A stretch of 44,217 nucleotides of DNA. It comes from Octopus bimaculoides (taxonomy: Eukaryota). Positions 1-12,340 of the stretch are shown here, piece after piece. The translations under genes and the position numbers were made by a program. Position 1 is the stretch's first letter; the number at the start of each line of letters is the position of its first letter. The stretch is from contig NC_068986.1 of assembly GCF_001194135.2 (NCBI RefSeq), positions 60,123,509 to 60,167,725 of the forward strand, in the 5' to 3' direction. Below the pieces are notes generated by a model. That model saw only the letters and a program-made list of their open reading frames with translations, was not told the DNA's origin and ran no database searches.

Positions 1-1299
1 ACTCGAAGTTACCAGGTAACTATAAAATTTGTTGCTTGCAGTTCGGCTTGTACCTGTAACTTTCGTGGCCACTTTTAATATACGAGGTAGCCTTGTCATG
101 AGTTCAGATCATTGAACAAAAATGTAATATGTTCATTAGAAAGTGGCTAGGCCTACCTCGGATGATGAACAGTTCAGCTCTTTATCGTAAAAGAGGTTCG
201 TTGCAGTTACCACTAGCATCAATAGTCGAAATATACAAACTAGGGAAGATACAGACGGTGATGATACTGAGAGAATCGAAGGACACGGAAATCAGGCAGA
301 ACCCACCAGAGGTGAAAACTGCCAGGAAGTGGAAAGCAAAAGCAGAGACTGATGACATCTTGTCTTCTCTTTAACACAGAGATATGGTGGGTGCAACACA
401 GAACCATTGGAGATGACTTAGTTTTGGAGCAAATCAGTTCAGGCCGTTTGCAAGTATGATGTGGAGTGAACGCAGATCTGTTGTTAGCAACAGCATCAAA
501 ACAAGAGAAGCAGAGAGAAGAGAGCTTCATTTGATCCGATGTAGTCAACAAGGACAGATAAAGAGATGGGAAGAACGTGTTGTTGAGAGGAAAATACGTT
601 GGGATGAAATATGGAAGTGGACGACATCTCAGTTAAGTTTTCTGATTCGTTCATCCTATGATGTTTTGCCGTCACCTACGAATCTCATAAGATGGAACGT
701 CTCAGAGAATGACATATGTAAATGCGGAAAGGTTGGAACACTGAAACATATTCTTTCCAACTGTTCCTTAGCATTGAATAGGCATACATGGAAACACAAC
801 CTGGTCCTGAAGGTTATCCTCAATGCTATGAAGAACCAAATTTATCTCAACAACACTGAGAAAAAACTGTTGAAAGAACCATCTAGAGATTTTATTACCT
901 TTGTGCGCTCATGTCAGTGGATCCGTTTCAAGAAAAAGAACAAGAAATTTCCTGTAAGAGATGAAAAGTGGAACGACTATTGGGAAGTGACTGCAGATTT
1001 ACCTGGGTGCCAAGCATTCTTTCCTATCACAGTTATGGAAAAACCGGACATTTTAATGTGGTGTGAAAGAAGGAAAGTTGTAAATCTAGTCGAGTTAACG
1101 GTTCCTCATGAAGATAATATGGACGCCATGCGGGCTCAAAAGATTGACCATTATGTAAACCTCCTCGAGAAATGTGAAGACGCAGGCTGGAAAGCGGAAC
1201 ATTTTCCAATCGAAGTTGGATGTAGAGGGTTTGTAGGACACAGTATGAGACGACTGTTGTTATCGTTAGGCCTTACTCATCGTAAGGTAAATACCACCA
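1..1299 (+). mobile_element. Degenerate non-LTR retrotransposon with restriction-like endonuclease (HERO-like), 3' part; cut by window start and an N gap
   Basis: ORFs 129-374 and 456-1299 share one frame interrupted by stops: ...LSWPLLIYEVALS...FIRKWLGLP..., SFLIRSSYDVLPSPTNLIRW, zinc knuckle CKCGKVGTLKHILSNC, RLE motif KPDILMW..VELTVPHED..K..HY..FPIEVGCRGF. The HERO clade call is from memory of the motifs. Confidence 0.8.
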
Positions 1300-1554
1300 N
1301 NNNNNNNNNNNNNNNNNNNNNNNNNNNNNNNNNNNNNNNNNNNNNNNNNNNNNNNNNNNNNNNNNNNNNNNNNNNNNNNNNNNNNNNNNNNNNNNNNNNN
1401 NNNNNNNNNNNNNNNNNNNNNNNNNNNNNNNNNNNNNNNNNNNNNNNNNNNNNNNNNNNNNNNNNNNNNNNNNNNNNNNNNNNNNNNNNNNNNNNNNNNN
1501 NNNNNNNNNNNNNNNNNNNNNNNNNNNNNNNNNNNNNNNNNNNNNNNNNNNNNN
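1300..1554. other. Assembly gap (N run)
   Basis: Run of N. Other gaps: 4969-5068, 13922-14021, 26471-27326. ORFs spanning these gaps are artefacts. Confidence 1.
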
Positions 1555-1570
1555 ATATATATATATATAA

Positions 1571-2560
1571 TCAGGCAATAATCGGACAGCTCTACATCGG
1601 CAAGAATTGAAAAAATATGGAAAAAATGAAAGGGGTACAGTGAACTTACCGTGAGGAGTGGAATATCCAACGTTTTGGATTCAATCTCCTTCGTCAGTGG
1701 GTAGAGAAAAAGAGAAGAAAAGGAAAAAACGGTCAAACAGAGTTTACATCCTCTCAGCTTGAAAAAGTGGCTGCAACTGATAATGGATGCAGAATAACAC
1801 AGGCTGCTAACGTGAAACAGAAGTTATAGGAGAGGGCATGCAGAAAGGAGAAGGGTAGGGGTGATAGAGAGAGTAGAGGTAAGAAAATAGGGAATGTTGC
1901 AGAGAGTGTGTGGAATGAGAATTAAAAACAGTAAAAAAGAATTAAGAGGGGGTGAAAGGACGAAAGGAAAAATGTTCATTCATACCTGTTGCGGACATAG
2001 TGCCAAGATCAAATATGAGACATTGCTCCTTTCGTTTCCTAGAGAATGGTTCACAGTGTTGAAGTGGGTGGCAACAGGTTGGCCTGGCATACGAAGCATT
2101 ATGCTTCTGATGTGTTTGCAAAAATGATCCTCAAGGCGTCGCTCTGTTTCTCCAATGTAAAGAGCACCATAGAGTTTGCATACAATACAGTATATGAGAT
2201 TTGCCAAAGTGCAACAGAAGTGATGTGTTATGTGATATTGCTTCTTGGATCCAACGATGATGGTAATATCATTGATGTAGGGGCATGTGTTACATTGTCG
2301 GTGAGAACATTTAAAGGTTCCTGGTTGTGCGGAGATGGGAGCTGCGCAGCTTCTAACAAGGAGATTTCTAAGACTCCTATCTTTTTTAAAAGACAGGAGA
2401 GGAGGTGTGGAAAGGAGAGGAGGTGTGGAAAGGAGAGGGGTGGTTGTTGGGTCAGAAAGAAGAATGCAAAAGTTGTGGGTAATGAAGGATTGAATTCAAA
2501 ACGTTGCATATTCCACTCCTCATGGCAAGGTCACTGTACCCCTTTCACTTTTTTACATAT
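1571..2560 (-). mobile_element. 5'-truncated Penelope-like element (Neptune-type Cys linker + GIY-YIG endonuclease) with inverted pseudo-LTR piece
   Basis: Minus-strand frame PLLSFKKDRSLRNLLVRS..PGTFKCSHRQCNTCPYI..HFCCTLANLIYCIVCKLYGALYIGETERRLEDHFCKH..PVATHFN. Segment 1616-1692 recurs inverted at 2484-2560. Confidence 0.85.
1663..1702 (-). ncRNA. Degenerate minimal hammerhead motif in Penelope pLTR
   Basis: Minus strand CTGACGA-AGGA-GATTGAA-TCC-AAAACGTT. The expected GAAAC reads AAAAC, ACGT gives the palindromic stem III, and stem I is poor. Minimal HHRs in PLE pLTRs are established. Confidence 0.5.
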
Positions 2561-2597
2561 ATACAAACATAAATATATATACATACATAAATAATAT

Positions 2598-2860
2598 ATA
2601 TTCTTTTACTTGTTTCAGTCATTTTAACTGTAGCCATGTTGGAGCATTTTAGTCGAAGAAATTGACCACTGGACTTATTCTTTGTAAGCCTGGTACTTAT
2701 CCTATCAGTCTCTTTGCTGAACCACTAGGTTACAGGGATGTAAACACACCAACATTGGTAAGGTATTGGCGGGGTGGACAAACAAACATACACACACACA
2801 CACATAACGGATTTCTTTCGGTTTCCATCTACCAAATCTACTCCCAAGGCTTTGGTTGGT
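2598..2860 (-). mobile_element. Octopus-type tRNA-derived SINE (family A), partial
   Basis: Homologous to the fuller copy at 43090-43565 (cttttacttgtttcagtcat...gatgtaaacacacca...ctaccaaat..caaggctttgg). Confidence 0.75.
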
Positions 2861-2885
2861 ATATATGTATATGTATATATGTATG

Positions 2886-3103
2886 TCTTATATCTTGGTG
2901 TTGGATACATAATTTAATGAAGCAGCAGGGAAAGAAAGTATTTACATAACACAATACAGTTACTATTACACGGGACTCAACGCTCTGTATCAACAGCTCA
3001 CAGTGAATTCCTTCCTCTCAATTGTTTATGGTTCTTTATTTTATAGCAATGTGTCAGTCCACCTTTAGTCACTGGTGGTGGAAGTCGGAATCCTTCCACA
3101 ACC
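2886..3103 (-). repeat. 3' LTR of integrase-only Gypsy
   Basis: Diverged direct repeat of 4164-4374, preceded on the minus strand by a PPT (AAAAAGGGGAGAG). Confidence 0.85.
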
Positions 3104-4163
3104 TCTCCCCTTTTTAGAATTAGTCTCCTCTTTTGAGAATTAAACTCCACTTAGAATTTTAATATCTCTTACGCTTAGGGTTCAATTCCAGTGTTTCTGT
3201 TCTTTCTTGTTTTCTGGTGCTAGAACATAGTTTTAAATTGTTTGGGTGTCAGTATCTCAAATGTGTTGTACAATACTTCCATAGGGATTTCATTTCTCAT
3301 GACTATTTTTTCCATGAATCGCTTTTTAAGTTGGTTAATATGTCTTTTATGTTTGACATTTTTTCCTTTTACCTGAAATATCATTCTTCCAATTTTTTTA
3401 ATAATCGCACTGTCATCCCAGCTTTCTTTACCATATCTATAGGTTTCAAAAAATTCTTTGTCACCTAGCTTGAAGAATTTTGAAGTATATTTGTTGTTCA
3501 CATTTTTTCTATTTTCACTCAGTATCAACTTATACAAATTGGATCTGATCTTTCCAGCAAACATCAATTGTGGGTGACATTCCAGACAGGGTATTCAGAT
3601 AAGGTGTTATTCAGTACACACTTGAAGGAGATTGAATCCAAAACGTTGAAGTGTGAAGTCGTCCATTATTTCATTGTTTGCCTAATTTAATGCCCTCTTG
3701 AAAGTGTCAACAAAATGCTTTGCTTGTTTATTTGACCTAGGATGATACAGTGGAGTGGTAGCATGTTTGATGATGAACATTTTACAAAATTTTCTGAACT
3801 CATCTGAAGTAAACTGAGTTCCATTATCAGACACAATGGAATCAGGAATACCATATCTGGTAAACAATTCATGTAAAAACTCACAGTAACCACAGATGTT
3901 GGCTTTTTACACTTATGCACTTCAGGCCACTTTGAAGAACAGTCCACTACAACAAAGTAATATGAACCCTTAAGTGGACCTGCATAATTAACATGCAGTC
4001 TGGACCATGGAATATCTGTTTTTGACCACGGTTGCCATTTAGTGGTGGATGCTTTTGCAGCTAGGGTACACTCTCTGCATGCTTTCACTAGTTCTTCAAT
4101 GTCACGGTCCATTGTTGGCCAATATACATAATTTTTCATTAAAGACGTCATCCACATCGCCAC

Positions 4164-4374
4164 TTTTATATCCTGGTGTTGGATATATAATTTAATGAAA
4201 CAACAGGGAAAGAATGTATTTACACGACGAAATATTATTGTTATTACACAAGACTCAACACTCTCAATCAATAGTGCACAGTGAACTGCTTCCTCTCAAT
4301 TTCTCATAGTTCTTTCATAACAATGTGTCAGTCCACTTTAGTCACTTGGGGGTGGTCAGAATTCTTCCACAACA
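4164..4374 (-). repeat. 5' LTR of integrase-only Gypsy
   Basis: Starts TGTTGTGG on the minus strand and is followed by a PBS-like TGGCGA. Confidence 0.85.
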
Positions 4375-4549
4375 GTATGTATATGCGTGTATATATACAT
4401 ATACATATATATATATATGTGTATGTGTATATATATTTATATATATATGTATATATGTATGTATATTTATATATTTCAGGAAAACGAACCGGCAAGTGTG
4501 TTAATTAACAAGGCATTAAAACAAAATGACTCCTTTGACACAATAATCA

Positions 4550-4968
4550 TCATCCTCATCCAGTGTTTTAAATCCGGGTTTTGTCCCCATTAACAGGGGT
4601 GGTTGGATCTACCTCAATGCCATAGCAACTGCCCTTCACCATCATGCCATCTTGCACGGTTTTGGGTGTCTTTGCTTCTCAAGCCAATCCTCCCAATCTC
4701 CTCCTCCACCTATCCCCTCCATGTTTTCCTTGGTCTACCTCACTTTCGCAGTTCATTTACCTCAAACTCAAGCACCCTCCTCAGAACATGTCCATACCAC
4801 CACATTCAATTCACCCTTGCCAGCCGTTCCATCGATTCCTCCAACCCCAGCATCCCCATCAAGTCCTCAATCCTCAACACATTTTTCTCACCATTGCTCT
4901 CTCGCTCCTTCTCAACAGTGTCATCACTCTCTCCCTCAGACACCATATCTCACTTCTATACAGCATTG
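4550..4968 (-). mobile_element. RTE-clade LINE 3' fragment
   Basis: Minus strand MLYRSEIWCLRERVMTLLRRSERAMVRKMC..WYGHVLRR..GRPRKTW, ending in a GAT-type tail. Confidence 0.75.
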
Positions 4969-5126
4969 NNNNNNNNNNNNNNNNNNNNNNNNNNNNNNNN
5001 NNNNNNNNNNNNNNNNNNNNNNNNNNNNNNNNNNNNNNNNNNNNNNNNNNNNNNNNNNNNNNNNNNNNATATATACATATTGTATATATATATATATATA
5101 CATATTGTATATATATATGTATATGC

Positions 5127-5160
5127 AGTACGAGAGAAGACCCGGCAAGCCAAGTGAGAG
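5127..5160 (+). mobile_element. Tiny stub of RTE ORF end
   Basis: gagaagacccggcaagccaagtgaga matches 22933-22958 with one mismatch. Confidence 0.6.
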
Positions 5161-5184
5161 CATAATAAAGTATATATATGTGTT

Positions 5185-5405
5185 ATTTCTTTACTACCCA
5201 CAAGGGGCTACACACAGAGGGGAGAAACAAGTACAGACAAACGGATTAAGTCGATTATATCGACCCCAGTGCGTAACTGGTACTTATTTAATCGACCCCG
5301 AAAGGATGAAAGGCAAAGTGGACCTCGGCGGAATTTGAACTCAGAACGTAGCAGCAGACGAAATACCGCTAAGCATTTCGCCCGGCGTGCTAACGTTTCT
5401 GCCAG
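5185..5405 (-). mobile_element. Octopus-type tRNA-derived SINE (family B)
   Basis: Reverse complement reads ctggcagaaacgttagcacgccgggcgaaatgcttagc..gagttcaaattcc (B-box-like)..cctttcatcctttcggggtcgattaaataagtaccag. The central block resembles the Meta-domain as I recall it. Confidence 0.8.
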
Positions 5406-7302
5406 TATATAAATGTGTATATATACAATGGTACAAGACAAGCCTACGTATGTCTTTCATTCTTGTTTCTTCCAACAAACAGAAATAACAGCTGAGCAAA
5501 GAGTGTGTGTATGTGCGTGTGCGTATGTGTGTATGTGGGGAGATGAACCATATTAAGATGCTAATCATTAGAGGTATGCGTTAAAAGTAAATAAAAAGAT
5601 ACATCAATGATAATAATTTGGCATTAATAAAAAGTAAATTAACGAGCAAGAAATAGAAGAGTTTCAGTTAAATTTTGTGTAATTTTTACATTTCCTTTCA
5701 TAAGATGCATTCAAAGCTGACATAAGTTTTTTTTTTTATATCTTTTTAAGAAGATATAACGGTCATCAGCCTCTTCCTTCCTACATATCTATCTTGACAT
5801 TATCACTTAATGTGACAGCTATATTTTTCTCCTGCAATAGACAACCTAAAACTTATTTTAAGAATGGAAAAATACATTGGAATTCGGTTGTTAACACACT
5901 GCTCGCAATGAAACCTTGACCTTCAGATCATTTACTGGTTTGCCTTTTAACATTTAAGAAGCAACATTGAACAAAGATAAATGATTAACGGATTTTAGCG
6001 GATTGATTGCAATACCTTCTCTTATTTCGTCTAGCAATAAACCCGTTTCTAAACAATAGTTCAATTGAATATCAAACTGAGATTAGAAACTTTTCTAAAC
6101 TGTAAGTTGTTTATGGAGAGAGAAAAACCTGTTTAGGTAATTAAGATTAAATACGACTGCGGATTTATAAAACTTGACTTTTCTTTTTAACAGTAGGGTG
6201 AAACAACCTACATGACTATGGAAATCTTGGAGATATATTTATAAAGTAATTTCAGGTATACTACCTTTAACTTATAATAGAGAAACCAGCTGATTGTGTC
6301 TGATATGGAAAATAGATTTACCCCATCATCAATCGGAATATCTGTGATTGCTAAGAATAACTGATTTTGGCGTAATAAAGAATTATCAACACTATATATA
6401 TTACTTTCTTAACATTGTCATCATCTCTAATCTTCGATTAGGAATACGTCGTACAGGAAAAATTAATTGCTATTAGTTAGAGATAGCAACAAACCGTCAA
6501 ACTACCAGTTGTAAATAAATAATTATATTACATGCATGTTTACTTACAGATCCTGAATGAGGCGATGTTTTGTACCATAAAACAAGTCCAAATGGTGTTG
6601 GGGGCAGACGGTTCTCATTGCACAACTTATATTGCAATCACCAGTCTCATTACTTTAGAATATGACAATTACACCATGTGGTCATAAACTCACTCAAGTG
6701 GCTACTCAAAATAAGTGCACAGACACACACACGTGTGTGTGTCGTTGTTGTTTTCTTAGTATAGTAAAACACTATAGAGGAACTGAATGGAAAAGCAGAC
6801 TCGGTGAATAGCAACTAACTCTTATTATAATTACGGTCTTTCTTCAGAAAGTTATTAGAGTCAAAGTAGAACTGTGATAACTATCTTAATGATCTCTCTA
6901 ACAAAAGAGTAAGTAGTCTTGATGTAAGTTATAAGGGACGACAGGCATGTTTATTTTTTCCCCTCATTTTAGGCCAATTACACAAACTAAAAGTTTAAAT
7001 TTAATAAATATATAGTGTAATAAATACAAACAGGCTCTCAATAATCTGTAAATTTTATTCCTCAATAGAGATTACCTTGATTGCTCGGGATGGAGAGTAA
7101 ACGCCATTAGTAGGAGATTAGTTCTCAGATAAACCTATTGTAATGCGGTTTCAATTCCAAGCTATTTAATTTCTTTTATGTTGCTTAATGACTTAGAGAA
7201 TACACCAATATTATCCTTATTATTTCGTCTTCTCCTAAAAATACAGAGTAGTCCCAATCGCTAAAAGAAGACTAGTAAGGAAAGAAACCAATATTTATTG
7301 TG

Positions 7303-7470
7303 AGCTGGCAGAACCGTAAGCACGCGGGACAAAACACTTAGCAGCATTTCGTCCGTGTTTACGTTCTACCTCCGAAGTCGACTTTACCTTTCATCCTTTG
7401 AGAGTCGATAAAATAAGTAGCAGTTGAACTCAGGTCGATGTAATCGACTAGCCGCTTCCCCCAAAATGTC
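7303..7470 (+). mobile_element. SINE family B copy
   Basis: gagctggcagaaccgtaagcacg..ctttcatcctttgagagtcgataaaataagtagcag, homologous to 5185-5405. Confidence 0.75.
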
Positions 7471-7635
7471 AGGCCCTGTGCCTATAATAGTGTAGTGGTG
7501 ATTCGAAACCTCTGTTGCTAGATAATCGGTCAGACACCACGAATGAGCTACCATTGTTTCACGTGATCGGTCTTTTAAGCAACCAATGAGTATGACGCTG
7601 ATGTGGTTTTCTAGAATTTTCTTTTTTCTTCCTAA

Positions 7636-8290
7636 GGACCATCCTTGAGGTGTTCCAAATGTAGTGTCTTTTTGCATGCTAGTTCTGCCTGTCCTTCTCT
7701 ATAGCGCTGAGCCCTGGACCATCCTTGAGGTGTTCCAAATGTAGTGTCTTCGTCAAATCCATGGTGTATCTCTAAGTGACTGAATCTCAAACTGCATCAG
7801 AGGACAAAGCCAGCAGCAACCGACCAATGAAGACCAAGTCCGGCATCGCAGGCTACGGTAGTTTGACTACGTCTGCAGCAGGGGCGGATCCAAGGGAGGG
7901 GGCTATGTGGCACGTGCCCCCCCCCCGCTTCAAGAAAAAAGTGCGCATTTCTAAATAATATTATTACACCCTTTTCTGATCTTGTACCCTCCCTTCGAAA
8001 AATTTTGGGGACCGCGCCTGTGCAGGATGAGTGCCGGAAGACTACTTTGAGTTGATAGTGACCCACGCACTGGGAAATCCGGCACCAAAGTAGATGTGGG
8101 TGAAAAAAACTGAGGAAGACCTGAAATTGCAACGCCTCGACCTGGAGCATGCTAAGGCCAGCACCATAGATCGGAAAGCATGGAATAACATCATCATCAG
8201 AGTTCATCATCTAGAAGCACCCACAGTAGCGTATTGGTTGAGAGGGCAGCTTCCCCCTCCGGTCGTCAACCTGGTACTTTACTTTATTAA
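7636..8290 (+). mobile_element. RTE LINE 3' fragment, interrupted by a MITE
   Basis: VLPVLLYSAEPWT.LEVFQM.CLRQIHGVSL..YVCRM; nucleotide homology to the RTE at 10186-10470 on the opposite strand. Confidence 0.75.
7879..8020. mobile_element. 142-bp MITE with CAGGGGCGG-type termini
   Basis: Left end CAGGGGCGGATCC, right end GGACCGCGCCTG; TGCAG duplicated at 7874-7878 and 8021-8025. Removing the insert restores the RTE codons YVCRM. Confidence 0.8.
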
Positions 8291-9229
8291 CTTATAAAGA
8301 TCGTTTTGAAGCTCGACTGATCGCAGAATGCTGAAGGTAGTTGAGCGACATGCGCCTCCATTCTTATCACCAGACGGTTCCAGACATTTGCGCGGACGGC
8401 CAAGGGTAAAGAGCCAAGGACCTTTGTCAACACAGAGATTTGTGCAGTTGACTTGGTATATTTTTGTACTGACCGCATGTTGTCACACAGATAGCTTTCT
8501 ATATTTTCAGAACAGTGTGTCTCTTTCCTAGTCAACAAACATTTAAGTTGCTCATTATGAATAGCAAACAACTAATATCTTTATGTCTGGCAATAAATAT
8601 TTCAGTTAAACGTTCGCAAGTGTGCTCCAGTTATTATTCACGCAGTTAACGAAATCTATCTTCATTTACCAGTTCCACACTGCACCAATCAAGTAACCCT
8701 CTTGTCAGTATAAAAGATTATGATTATTATTTTCTTGCAATCTCGAGACTGAACCCTATGGCAGATTGTGCAACGCAAGATTTCTTCCAATGACCATGAA
8801 GAAGTAGAGTCTACTACTGAAGGTAACGTGAGACTGTATAAAGAAGAGGGGTTTATGACCTTTTGCTTTGAGCTCAGATCATTCAACGTTCAAGAGAGCC
8901 TCTACTCGGTTGAACGAGTAAAGTCATGTTCTCGATAAAAAGAAAGGATTAATTATTTGGTTATTAACAGTGTATGTATATATTAATTGTTAAATTGATG
9001 GCTGGAAAAAATTAAAAACATAAAGAAAAAAGAAAATGAAGTTCGATAGAGGCTAAACCAAGATTTGAATGTACTTCGTCTGTGTGTTTAAGGGGTTTAC
9101 GTAGTTCTCAGTCTACATTGCACGGTGTCTTATTAAGTACCTTCAATCATAGCCTCAGGACTTCTAAAACGTGGTGAAATAGAAACCGCGCGGAAGCCTG
9201 TCGAATGCGTGGGTGCATATTATGTTATA

Positions 9230-10185
9230 TATATAACACGCATCACCATTGCTCAGCCCTACATTGGGGTGAGCCATATGAATGACCAAGTTTAGGAAGC
9301 ATTTGATGAAGAGCTTCAAAAAATTCAGTCTATAACAGTTACAACCAATCTGAAAAAAGATCGACTTTCTGTATATAACATTACACTTGAAGACTGGCAA
9401 ATATCGCTCTTAGAGAAAGCCCGGTGGGGAAATTGTTTAAATTCATAGAAATATCGTCCCAGCTGTAATTAGAAATCTAGTCACCGGCATAAACAGAATC
9501 TTTAAACTATCAGCAGACAGGGTGAGATCTTCAACATAGTCTCACCCTCTATAACGAGGTATAAGCGAGAAATGGATCCACCGATAAGTATAGACGAAGG
9601 ACACCCTACCCCGCCTCAAACCTGAAGGGTGTTTGAAATAGAAAGATAATCTGCTTCAATCCTTCAACCAAGTAATAAGTTTCAGCTAATATAGTTAGGA
9701 GCTTCCTGGCGCTAATTTGAAAATAACTTTGTTTCAAACATTACAAGCTACAATAGACGCAGATACACGCCCAGACAGCTTCCATTCCACACACTAGCCT
9801 GTAACTTTTGAAATCCTACCAACTACCCACAGGGAGATCTTGCCCCTCCGTAAAGCTATTCTTACACCATTCGATGAGATCACATGGCAGCCAATGATTT
9901 CAAGGAAAGATATACACAATACAGACACTCCTTCAGGAGCAGGGAGTAATCCACCACACTCTCTTGATTCATCTGGAGACTCCACAACCAACGGAACGAC
10001 TTCTTTAACAACAAATGGAGCATAATTGACAGGCACTCCATCTTACTCACTTTGAATTTGTAATTACCAACTCTGTCCCCACGAGAGACTACACGTAATC
10101 CACAAACATGCAAAATTCACCAATAGAAGCATAAACTATCTTATTGTTGCCACCAGAGATACACCCTATTAATGAACTTCAAGCT
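9230..10185 (+). mobile_element. Degenerate Penelope-like element (RT thumb + C-terminal GIY-YIG; RKIIWFNPP-type group, possibly Naiad)
   Basis: With frameshifts: SITVTTNLKK.DFL.ITLHLKTGKYR..RKPG, PAVIRNLVTGINR, RKIICFNP, SANIVRSFLALI, FKERYTQYRHSF..STTLS.FIWRL..KWSII, SYCCHQRYTLLMNFK. Confidence 0.75.
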
Positions 10186-11968
<1,783 letters not shown>

Positions 11969-12015
11969 CAGACTGAAATTCTATATATCGTTGAGAATGA
12001 GATTCGGCAGATATA

Positions 12016-12069
12016 CTGCTACTGAGGAGACAGCGTAGGTCGAAATCACGTGATCGATAACCGTAGCAG
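12016..12069 (+). ncRNA. Hammerhead-like core with displaced stem I
   Basis: CTGAGGA 12022-12028; stem II GAC/GTC; GAAA 12042-12045; palindromic stem III ATCACGTGAT followed by C. CTGCTA/TAGCAG can pair but is offset by 8 nt. Confidence 0.4.
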
Positions 12070-12340
12070 ACGACTCTTGTTTGCCAATAATATAAATATG
12101 AGTGCTTTTATGCACCATACGTCCATATGAGAGGTCCTCCTAAAGTAAATAACTCAGTATTCCGTGTCTAACAAAACATTCACGTTACGTTGGACATAAA
12201 GATTGCCTTTTGGTATTAACACTGCTTCTATCGCTATTAATTAATCAATCAGTCACTTTTGTGACCTCTATTAATTTTGCCTTTAGGCTCTAGTTGCTAA
12301 TAACCCACCCTCTATAATTCATTTGTTTATATATATATAT

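Larger units (their letters stand above)
2886..4374 (-). mobile_element. Internally deleted Gypsy LTR retrotransposon retaining only integrase (1489 bp)
   Basis: Direct repeats 2886-3103 and 4164-4374 read TGTTGTGGAAG...GATATAA(C)A on the minus strand. 5-bp TSD GTATG at 2881-2885 and 4375-4379; PBS-like TGGCGATGTGG from 4162 down; polypurine tract 3103-3115. Integrase motifs YVYWP..CRECT, PWSRLHVNYAGP, SDNGTQFTS, HPRSN, HINQLK. Confidence 0.9.

Noticed and set aside
4603-5338. Pro/Ser-rich plus-strand ORFs
   Set aside because: They are antisense readings of the minus-strand RTE fragment, extended through an N gap.
8672-8835. Minus-strand exon-like segment (strong acceptor, GTAAAT donor; LEEILRCTICH resembles a RING start)
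   Set aside because: All three frames contain stops between the sites, and the remaining RING ligands are missing.
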